Assembly: GCA_035552555.1 (NCBI GenBank)
Contig: DASZLF010000047.1
Location: 16,814-80,813 of the forward strand
DNA length: 64,000 nucleotides
Reading direction: 5' to 3'
Source: Terracidiphilus sp.
GTDB taxonomy: Bacteria > Acidobacteriota > Terriglobia > Terriglobales > Acidobacteriaceae
The notes under the pieces are model-generated. The model did no database searches. It worked only from the letters and a program-made list of their open reading frames with translations, and was not told the DNA's origin. A program made the position numbers and the translations under genes. This document shows, in pieces, positions 29,961 to 37,445 of the stretch (the first letter of the stretch is position 1; each line of letters starts with the position of its first letter).

Positions 29961-30719
29961 ATGCCTTCTGTCCCCACCGCGCTCGACGAGTTCAACGCCC
30001 GCATGTCCGCCTGTGAGCGCTGCACCCGTCTGCGCGAACACTGCACCAACATCGCCACCGTGCGCCGCCGCGCCTATGCCGACTGGGAATACTGGGGCCG
30101 TCCCGTTCCCTCCTTCGGCGCTCAGAACGCCCGCGTCCTCATCCTCGGCCTCGCTCCCGGCGCCCACGGTTCCAATCGCACCGGCCGCCCCTTCACCGGC
30201 GACGGGTCAGGTGATTTTTTATATCCCGTGCTCCACCAGGCCGGCTTCGCCTCGCAGCCCAAAGCCACCTCGCGCGACGACGGCATGCGCCTCCACGACC
30301 TCTGGATCTGCTCCGTGGTTCGCTGCGCGCCGCCCGGCAACAAACCCACGCCCGAAGAGATCCGCAACTGCGCGCCCTGGCTCGACGAAGAGATGCACCT
30401 GCTCGCCAATCTGCGCGTGGTCGTCTGCCTGGGACGTATCGCCTTCGATGGCCTGCTGGCATGGGCCAAACGCACCGGCATCCTCTCCACGCGCGCCGGA
30501 TACGGCTTTGCTCACGGCGCCGAATTCACACTGCCCAACGGCCTCACCGTCATCGCCAGCTATCATCCTTCGCTGCAAAACACCAACACCGGCAAGCTCA
30601 CGCGACCCATGTTGCTCTCCGTAATCCACCGCGCCAAGGTGCTTGCAAACAACGGCGAGAAGCAATCCGCGCACACCGCTAAGCCAAATCCACCGGCGAG
30701 AAAGTCGAAAACAAAATGA
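29961..30719 (+). CDS. Uracil-DNA glycosylase family 5 (UdgB-like, Fe-S)
   Basis: CERCTRL, GLAPGAHGSNRTGRPFTGD, RCAPP.NKP, YHPSLQN. Confidence 0.92.
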   Translation: MPSVPTALDEFNARMSACERCTRLREHCTNIATVRRRAYADWEYWGRPVPSFGAQNARVLILGLAPGAHGSNRTGRPFTGDGSGDFLYPVLHQAGFASQPKATSRDDGMRLHDLWICSVVRCAPPGNKPTPEEIRNCAPWLDEEMHLLANLRVVVCLGRIAFDGLLAWAKRTGILSTRAGYGFAHGAEFTLPNGLTVIASYHPSLQNTNTGKLTRPMLLSVIHRAKVLANNGEKQSAHTAKPNPPARKSKTK

Positions 30720-31546
30720 GACTCATTCAGGTTGCTGATGCCCTTCGTTTTCCCCGCATGACCACCGAAGAGCTGCGCTCCGCGTTTCTCGTCGACGGCC
30801 TCTTTCAGCCCGGATGCATCGACCTCGCTTACATCGATCTCGACCGCACGATCGTCGGCTCCGCCGTTCCTCTTGCCGATCCGCTGACACTCGAAACCGA
30901 TCCCGATCTCCGCGCGGAATACTTCACCGAACGACGCGAAATCGGCGTGCTCAACATCGGCGGCCCGGGCGCCGTCCACGTCAACGGCGAAGCCCATCCA
31001 CTCGATCCCCTCGACGCGCTTTACATCGGCCGGGGAAATGAGCACATCGCCTTCTCCAGCAACCATCCAGCCAGCCCCGCGGAATTCTATTTGCTCAGCT
31101 ATCCCGCGCACACCGCCCATCCCGTCGCCAGGATCGAATCCGCGGCCGCCGAAGCCACCGTCATGGGCTCCGCTGAAACCGCCAATCATCGCCGCATCCG
31201 CCGCCTTATCCATCTCGAAGGCCCACACAGTTGCCAGCTTGTCATGGGCTTCACCGAACTCAGCGCGGGCAGCGTGTGGAACACCATGCCGCCGCACACT
31301 CACATGCGCCGCTCCGAGGTCTATCTCTACTTCAACTTGCCCCCTGCCGAGCGCGTTGTACACTTGATGGGCCCCGCGCACCAGACGCGTCATCTCGTCG
31401 TAGCCGACAAGCAGGTGGTCATCTCGCCCGGCTGGTCCATTCACGCCGGCGTCGGCACTGCGAGCTACACGTTCTGCTGGGGCATGGGCGGTGAAAACCA
31501 GGTCTACAGCGATATGGATCCGCTCGCGATAGCAGACTTGCTCTGA
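30716..31546 (+). CDS. kduI: 5-dehydro-4-deoxy-D-glucuronate isomerase
   Basis: RREIGVLNIGG, GSVWNTMPPHTH.RRSEVYLY, SPGWSIHAGVGT, WGMGGENQ. Confidence 0.95.
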   Translation: MRLIQVADALRFPRMTTEELRSAFLVDGLFQPGCIDLAYIDLDRTIVGSAVPLADPLTLETDPDLRAEYFTERREIGVLNIGGPGAVHVNGEAHPLDPLDALYIGRGNEHIAFSSNHPASPAEFYLLSYPAHTAHPVARIESAAAEATVMGSAETANHRRIRRLIHLEGPHSCQLVMGFTELSAGSVWNTMPPHTHMRRSEVYLYFNLPPAERVVHLMGPAHQTRHLVVADKQVVISPGWSIHAGVGTASYTFCWGMGGENQVYSDMDPLAIADLL

Positions 31547-31583
31547 GCCCGCCCTGATTCAGCCCAGACCAACGGAGGCTACC

Positions 31584-32078
31584 ATGAAAGTCGCGAAGCC
31601 GATCACCACAGCCATGCTGCTGGCCGCAGCTGCATTGCTTCTCACCTCGGGAGTATCCGCACAAACCATGAAACTCGACCATTGGACTCACGACCAGCTC
31701 ATGCAGCGCGCACAGCACCTGCGCGAGCAAGCCGCCCAGCACGACGGCTCGGCCAGCGAAACCATCGAGAAGTATCCGCACCACTACACGATGCTCGCCT
31801 TCCGTAGCCGCAGCGGTGGTGGCGAGTTGCACGAGAACTATGCCGACGTGTTCTTCATCGTCGATGGCCGCGCCACCGTCGTCACCGGCGGCGACCTGGC
31901 CGACCGCAAGACCACCGACCCCGGAGAAATCCGCGGCTCGGGTGTGAACGGCGGCTCGCGTCAGGACGTCAAGGCTGGCGACGTGGTGCACATCCCCGCC
32001 GGCGTGCCCCACCAGATGCTCGTGCCCGAAGGCAGCACCGTTACGTACTTCGTAGTTAAGGTCCAGGAGAAGGAATAA
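31584..32078 (+). CDS. Secreted cupin-domain protein
   Basis: Signal peptide; ELHENYADVF and GDVVHIPAGVPH cupin motifs. Confidence 0.8.
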   Translation: MKVAKPITTAMLLAAAALLLTSGVSAQTMKLDHWTHDQLMQRAQHLREQAAQHDGSASETIEKYPHHYTMLAFRSRSGGGELHENYADVFFIVDGRATVVTGGDLADRKTTDPGEIRGSGVNGGSRQDVKAGDVVHIPAGVPHQMLVPEGSTVTYFVVKVQEKE

Positions 32079-32103
32079 TCGGCGGGTAAGAAACTCGGAA
32101 CTT

Positions 32104-32178
32104 TGGAGCGGGAGACCGGGATCGAACCGGCGACATTCAGCTTGGGAAGCTGACGTTCTACCACTGAACTACTCCCGC
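32104..32178 (-). tRNA. tRNA-Gly(CCC)
   Basis: GCGGGAG acceptor stem, TCAGC-TT-CCC-AA-GCTGA anticodon arm, GGTTCGATCC, encoded CCA; TATAAT upstream. Confidence 0.97.
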
Positions 32179-32211
32179 TTCGCCCCTAATTATACTGCGG
32201 AACCACGCACT

Positions 32212-32568
32212 TTAGACCTTCGCCGGTTGGCTGGTTGGAGTCCGCGAATATCGAATGACTTCAACATGGGACATCGCGATGAGGCCCTCCTCGACCATGA
32301 CGTCGAGATGCGGAATCAGTTTTCCAATCTGTTCCTCGGTGTCGATGATGGTCAGCATCATCGGCGCATCCTTGGAAAAAATCCAATGACTGGCATGGTG
32401 AATTCTGGTGCTTGCACCGTACCCTTCGATTCCTCGATACACGGTGGCGCCGGCCATTCCCAGCTCCATGCATTTAGCGACAATCGCTTCATGCAGAGGC
32501 TTGCCCTGCCATTTGTCGCCTTCGCCGAAATGAATACGCAACATGCGCGCTTGAAATTGGTCTTTCAT
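32212..32568 (-). CDS. DUF190 (PII-like) protein, single domain
   Basis: LRIHFGEGDKW.GKPL, GATVYRGIEGYG. Confidence 0.88.
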   Translation of the reverse strand: MKDQFQARMLRIHFGEGDKWQGKPLHEAIVAKCMELGMAGATVYRGIEGYGASTRIHHASHWIFSKDAPMMLTIIDTEEQIGKLIPHLDVMVEEGLIAMSHVEVIRYSRTPTSQPAKV

Positions 32569-32581
32569 TGTGAGCCTCCGC

Positions 32582-33331
32582 TCATGCCGAAGCGCTTTCC
32601 CGCCCCGCCTGCGACTCTGGCAGATCGACGCCCAGTGCACGATAGGAGTATTTGATGATGTCCACGTCGGATAGAACGACTAATCCCTCTTCCACCATCT
32701 GATCGACAACCGCAAGGAACGATCGCAGTTTCTCCTCGGCATCGACGGCGGAGAGCATGATCGAGCAATCGTGAGAAAGATGGAGAGCTTTGTCCTTATG
32801 CATCCGGCGGTGGGCGCCATAGCCGAGAATGCCGCGGTAGACAGTGACGCCGGCAATATCGTTGGCCCGCATGGCTTCGACGAGCGCCTTATACAGTGGC
32901 TTGTCTTTCCACTGGTCAGCTTCGCCGATATAAATGCGCATCATCTTCGCTTTGCCCTCCATCCTCACGTGCGCGGGAGGAACAGCCTTTTTCGGCTTCG
33001 ACATCTGCGCGGGCTTTGCCAGGGTGGTCTCCTGGACCTCGATCATGCCGGATCCCACAAGCTCCTCAAGTTTTCCAAGCAGTTCGCTCACCTTCTCTTT
33101 GGATTCGATGAATTCAATCTTCAGCGGAAGATGGTCCGAAATATCAACGATACTGGCGGAGTGCATGTGGTGATCCGCGCCGAAACCCGCAATGCCCTTC
33201 ATAACGGTTGCGCCGGATACGCCACGGTAAAAGAGAAAATCGAGAACGCTCGAATACGTGGGGACCCCGTGATGCTTAGATCCTTCGCTCAGATAAATAG
33301 AGACTTTCATGGCCTTTCCGGCACTCAACAT
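32582..33331 (-). CDS. DUF190 (PII-like) protein, tandem two-domain
   Basis: GATVMKGIAGFG and GVTVYRGILGYG; GGAGG before ATG at 33331. Confidence 0.88.
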   Translation of the reverse strand: MLSAGKAMKVSIYLSEGSKHHGVPTYSSVLDFLFYRGVSGATVMKGIAGFGADHHMHSASIVDISDHLPLKIEFIESKEKVSELLGKLEELVGSGMIEVQETTLAKPAQMSKPKKAVPPAHVRMEGKAKMMRIYIGEADQWKDKPLYKALVEAMRANDIAGVTVYRGILGYGAHRRMHKDKALHLSHDCSIMLSAVDAEEKLRSFLAVVDQMVEEGLVVLSDVDIIKYSYRALGVDLPESQAGRESASA

Positions 33332-33493
33332 ACGTCCTCCTGCGGATGCAGCCCACGCGGCGAAACCAGAAACTCGGCAGCCCATCCGACGGCTCCCCAT
33401 CCGGTCCTGTCCGGCGCCGCTTCATTCCGTAGCTGCTGCAATTCCTCGATCAACTGCTCATCGTCTCTTAGACGACGACTTGCCGACGCGTTC

Positions 33494-33874
33494 TCACGAT
33501 ACTACCTCCGCGAGAAGGGAGCCGCCCCAAACGGCGACAAGACCCAGGAGAAGGCTGCCGACAGCATAGAGCGCCGCAAGCAGGAATGCACCGGTGCGGA
33601 GAGTCGAGAGCGTCTCCCACTCATAGGTTGAAAATGTACTGTATGCTCCAACAAATCCGATAGGAATCAGAAAGCGCCAGGCTGGACTCAGCTCCGCGCG
33701 CTTGCCGAAAAAGGTCAGCGTGAAGCCGATGATGACGCAGGCGGTCATGTTAATGACAAACGTTCCGTAGGGGAATTTCGCCCCCAGCCGGCCGGAGACG
33801 GTAGAGCCGATCCAATACCTGGCGATGGACCCAAGCGAACCGCCAAGCGCAATGAACAGGTATTTCTGCAGCAT
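33494..33874 (-). CDS. crcB: Fluoride efflux channel CrcB/Fluc
   Basis: GGSLGSIARY, FPYGTFVIN, GFVGAYSTFST. Confidence 0.95.
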   Translation of the reverse strand: MLQKYLFIALGGSLGSIARYWIGSTVSGRLGAKFPYGTFVINMTACVIIGFTLTFFGKRAELSPAWRFLIPIGFVGAYSTFSTYEWETLSTLRTGAFLLAALYAVGSLLLGLVAVWGGSLLAEVVS

Positions 33875-34009
33875 CTATTCTCCTTTGTTTACGCGCGTGC
33901 CTGCCACAATCTCAGAAGGCGCTGTCGAGATCTTGAACCAGATCGCCAACAGCGTCGCCGCTAAAGCCAGTGCCACCCAGAGCGCACACAGAGCCCAGGT
34001 GTTCATCAT
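33875..34009 (-). pseudogene. 44-aa ORF resembling the N-terminus of a cation:proton antiporter
   Basis: MMNTWALCALWVALALAATLLAIWFKISTAPSEIVAGTRVNKGE*; stop abuts the crcB ATG. Family resemblance is from memory. Confidence 0.55.
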
Positions 34010-34076
34010 GAGCACGAATTCCTAAGTTGTCGTTCAGGGACCTGGCCGGGACATGACTCCGCGACAGATTTCCCTG

Positions 34077-34140
34077 CCAGGAGTCATCATCTGTCCGGCC
34101 TATTGGATGGACAGCGGTTAAAGGTGAACTCCTTCACCTT
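34077..34140 (-). promoter_or_regulatory. Fluoride riboswitch (crcB motif)
   Basis: GGTGAAGGAGTTCACCTTTAACCGC-TGTCC..GGACA-GATGATGACTCCTG fits the aptamer and its GGAGT/ACTCC pseudoknot; lies upstream of crcB; downstream GGAGTCAT can pair with ATGACTCC. Confidence 0.9.
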
Positions 34141-34253
34141 TTCACCTGAAATCGTAGGAGGTTGTCCAGAAAAAGTCAACCCGGCTGGTAAAGCGCTAAC
34201 TCGACATCACCGAACGCCATGTGAGAACCATCAAAGGACAAGGAGTCTCGTGC

Positions 34254-35912
34254 ATGTTGAGAAGAGAATTCCTCTCCGCTTCCTCATATCTCCTGGGTCT
34301 GGCTGCTTCCGGCAGCGGATTCGCGCCGCCTGTCCAAGCGATGAGAAACATTCTGGATTATGGCGCAAGGCCTGACGGCAAGACCATCAACACCGCTTCG
34401 ATTCAGCGCGCCATCGACGATGCTTTCCAAGCCGGCGGCGGAACAGTCTACCTGCCCGCGGGAACGTTCCTCAGCGGCAGGATCGATCTGAAGAGCAGGG
34501 TGGGCCTATATTTCGGGGCGGGCTGCACTCTACTGGGCAGCAAATCGCTAAGCGACTACCATGGCTCTCCGGGAAGCGTCGACGCCAGCCAGCGTCACTT
34601 GATTTATGCCAGGGATGCGGAAGAGGTGACACTGGCCGGCGCCGGGCGAATCGACGGCCAGGGGGCGAGTTTCTGGGAGTCTTCGGGACGCGCCCCGCTG
34701 CCGCCCGATGAGCAATGGGCCGAAGTTGCATCGCACGCGTACAAGGAAAAGAAATCCGGCCGTCCCAGCCCCATGGTTCGCTTCGCAAATTGCCGCAGAG
34801 TGCGCGTGGAGGGTGTGCGGCTTGAGAACTCCGCAGGGTGGACTCTGCACCTGCTCAACTGCGATGACGCTCAGATCACGGGCATGGCAATCAAAAACCC
34901 GGTTTATGGTCCCAACACCGATGGCATCGACATCACCGGTTGCCAGAACGTGGAGGTGTCCGGTTGCACAATCGAGACCGGCGACGACGCTATATGTCTT
35001 AAAAGCGAGAACCCGCTCGGCCCGGAGCCGCGGTTAATCAAGAATGTGGTGGTGACAAACTGCTCCCTGACCACGTGCTGCAACGGATTCAAGCTCGGCA
35101 CCTCGTCCGAAGGCGGATTTGAAAACATCTCCTTCACCAACTCAGTCATTTCCAATGGTGAGGTAAGCTTCGGCGAGCGCGTGATTTCGGGAGTGGCGCT
35201 GGAGGTCATCGACGGCGGCTGGATCGATGGCGTCACGGTGAGCGGGATCAAGATGCAGCGGGCGCGCACGCCCATTTTTATCCGCCTGGGGAATCGCAAG
35301 CGAGTCCACGACTATCCCCAGCACGGGTTGCGCCACGTAAGCATCGACAATATCCAGGCCTCCGAAACCATCCTCGCAAGCTCCATCACCGGCCTGCCGG
35401 GAGATGAAGTTCGGGCCGTTAGGCTCTCCAATATCCGCATTGAGAATGTACTGCCTTCGCGGCCGGAATGGGTGGGCCGCGCCGTGCCGGAGAAGGAAAG
35501 CGCCTATCCCGAGGCGCGCATGTTCGGCATGCTGCCGGCATCCGGACTCTATGCCAGGCATGCGCGCGAGTTGGAATTGGATCATCTCGAGTTCAAAGCG
35601 AGTCCGCGAGAACAACGGCCAACGCTATTGTTTAACGATGTGGATGGGGCGCGCATCACGTCCCTGGCGAGCACACCCGTGAGCGGATCCATGCCCATCG
35701 TGGACCTCTCCAACGCGCGCAACGTGTCGATTTCGGGTTGCGTTGCGCCTTCCGGCACCAATACGTTTGTTGCGGTCGATGGAAGCGAGTCGGCCAACAT
35801 CACGATTTCGAACAATGACTTGCGGAGTGCGCGCCGGCCATGCGCGACCGCCGGCGATGTGCCTCCCCAAGCCGTGACCGTGACCGTAACCGGAACCCCG
35901 CGCGCAGATTGA
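34254..35912 (+). CDS. Glycoside hydrolase family 28 (polygalacturonase-like), probable Tat substrate
   Basis: LRREFL; NTDGID, GDDAICLKS; beta-helix repeats. Confidence 0.88.
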   Translation: MLRREFLSASSYLLGLAASGSGFAPPVQAMRNILDYGARPDGKTINTASIQRAIDDAFQAGGGTVYLPAGTFLSGRIDLKSRVGLYFGAGCTLLGSKSLSDYHGSPGSVDASQRHLIYARDAEEVTLAGAGRIDGQGASFWESSGRAPLPPDEQWAEVASHAYKEKKSGRPSPMVRFANCRRVRVEGVRLENSAGWTLHLLNCDDAQITGMAIKNPVYGPNTDGIDITGCQNVEVSGCTIETGDDAICLKSENPLGPEPRLIKNVVVTNCSLTTCCNGFKLGTSSEGGFENISFTNSVISNGEVSFGERVISGVALEVIDGGWIDGVTVSGIKMQRARTPIFIRLGNRKRVHDYPQHGLRHVSIDNIQASETILASSITGLPGDEVRAVRLSNIRIENVLPSRPEWVGRAVPEKESAYPEARMFGMLPASGLYARHARELELDHLEFKASPREQRPTLLFNDVDGARITSLASTPVSGSMPIVDLSNARNVSISGCVAPSGTNTFVAVDGSESANITISNNDLRSARRPCATAGDVPPQAVTVTVTGTPRAD

Positions 35913-35936
35913 ATCGCGGATCGAGTTCCGGCGCGG

Positions 35937-37112
35937 TCAGTCTTTCTGGCCTTGGATGCGAAAGTTGCCCGTGACCACGGGGCTGTCCCTCTTCCCGGGC
36001 GACTCGGCACACGCCTTGATCCTCAGCGGAACTCGCTTCATGAGGATGGGCGCGTGATAAACCGGCGAGTTCTCCAAAGGTTGCGATCCATCGACTGTGT
36101 AATGGATGACTGCGCCCGGCGTCGCGCATTGCAGCGTGACGGCAGTATCTCCCTCAAGCACTCCGGGCTTGGGAGTAAATATTGGTTCCGCGGTAACGCC
36201 GGACTGTGGCGCATCCGTGCGTTCCATTTCTCGTTTGCTGCCGGGCACCGGCCGGATATTCAGCATCAGCGACTGGAGAAAGGCGCGCTGAAAGTCGTGC
36301 ATCGGCCAGTTGAAGAAATCCTCACGCCACTCCTTCATCAGCGCGTGCGCCTCTTGGAAATCCTTGGTAACGCTACTGTCCTGCACGGGCTCGACAGCGA
36401 TCATGAACTCGATGCGCGGCCTCTTCATCGAATCGATAATCGTGAGTAAGAAGAGTCCCGGGCCAGGCACTGTCAATGCAATCGAGCGGCCGGATTTCTC
36501 CAGCGGAATGCCGGATTGTTGTGGATATCGTGCGTCAAACGATCGCAGATCGCCGAAATATTCGCCGTTCGAGAGCGCCGCAGCCAGGCCCCCAATCTCG
36601 ATCCGGTTTTCCGGCCCGGGCACAGCTACCGCTTCATCCCTGGCGATGCGTGGCTCTTTCGCCAGCAGAGCCGCCGTCTGGCCCCGCTGCTGCACCAGCG
36701 CCGCGCGGATCCGCCCCAGCATCTCCGCTGCAAATGGCTCGGGGGCGCGAAACAGGGACGGCACCCGGAATCCACGCGCGCAATCCTTCGCCGTAAAGCA
36801 TTCGCAGAGAATCCGCTGCCCGTCGGGCAGCAGAATGGTAATGGAGTGATCTGAGGCGGACGCACTTGGCAATAACAGTGACCCGGGCTGGACCGCGTCT
36901 CCGCCGCGCAGTGTTGCGGCCGTCCCATCCACCTGCCATATACCGCGCACGTCCCACGCGATCCCCAACGAAACCTTCGCCGTCTGGGCGCGAAGCATTG
37001 CTGCGAACGGTAAAACTACCAACAGCAACATTCCCCAAAAGATGCAGTGGCCGATCAATCGATCACCGCGGTGATTAGGACGGACGAAGAAATGCCCTAC
37101 CCTCATGCCCAT
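35937..37112 (-). CDS. Secreted hypothetical protein with C-terminal CHB_HEX_C/Fn3-associated domain
   Basis: Signal-like segment ending AMLRAQ; C-terminal ATPGAVIHYTVDGSQP. Start uncertain. Confidence 0.7.
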   Translation of the reverse strand: MGMRVGHFFVRPNHRGDRLIGHCIFWGMLLLVVLPFAAMLRAQTAKVSLGIAWDVRGIWQVDGTAATLRGGDAVQPGSLLLPSASASDHSITILLPDGQRILCECFTAKDCARGFRVPSLFRAPEPFAAEMLGRIRAALVQQRGQTAALLAKEPRIARDEAVAVPGPENRIEIGGLAAALSNGEYFGDLRSFDARYPQQSGIPLEKSGRSIALTVPGPGLFLLTIIDSMKRPRIEFMIAVEPVQDSSVTKDFQEAHALMKEWREDFFNWPMHDFQRAFLQSLMLNIRPVPGSKREMERTDAPQSGVTAEPIFTPKPGVLEGDTAVTLQCATPGAVIHYTVDGSQPLENSPVYHAPILMKRVPLRIKACAESPGKRDSPVVTGNFRIQGQKD

Positions 37113-37445
37113 GTCCACTATTGTGCCGTAAAGGAGACCGACATCGAAAGCAACCTTCTCTAAAAGCAACTTCCGCCCGCACGTGCACCATCGAACCATT
37201 TGCGGATTCGAGTGTGAAATTCCGCGTTTTCGGAAGAATCCCAGATAACCGACATCCACTTGCGGTTGCACAACCTATGGTTTCCAGTTAGCGAGGAAGG
37301 ATTGGCTTCCTTACCCCGATAGTTCGAATTGTGTCAATCAGAAGTGCCTTTGACGGCAGCTATTTGTGCCTTGCGGCGCCGTGTTGTTGCTTTGTTACTG
37401 TGCTGCTGGGAACCAACTTACTCATTTATCCCCGGTGAAGGTGCT

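Noticed and set aside
32080-32104. Integration at the tRNA-Gly 3' end
   Set aside because: No integrase or duplicated tRNA end; the cupin gene converges directly on it.
33332-33493. Extra small gene between crcB and the double DUF190
   Set aside because: The open frame lacks a usable start codon and SD.
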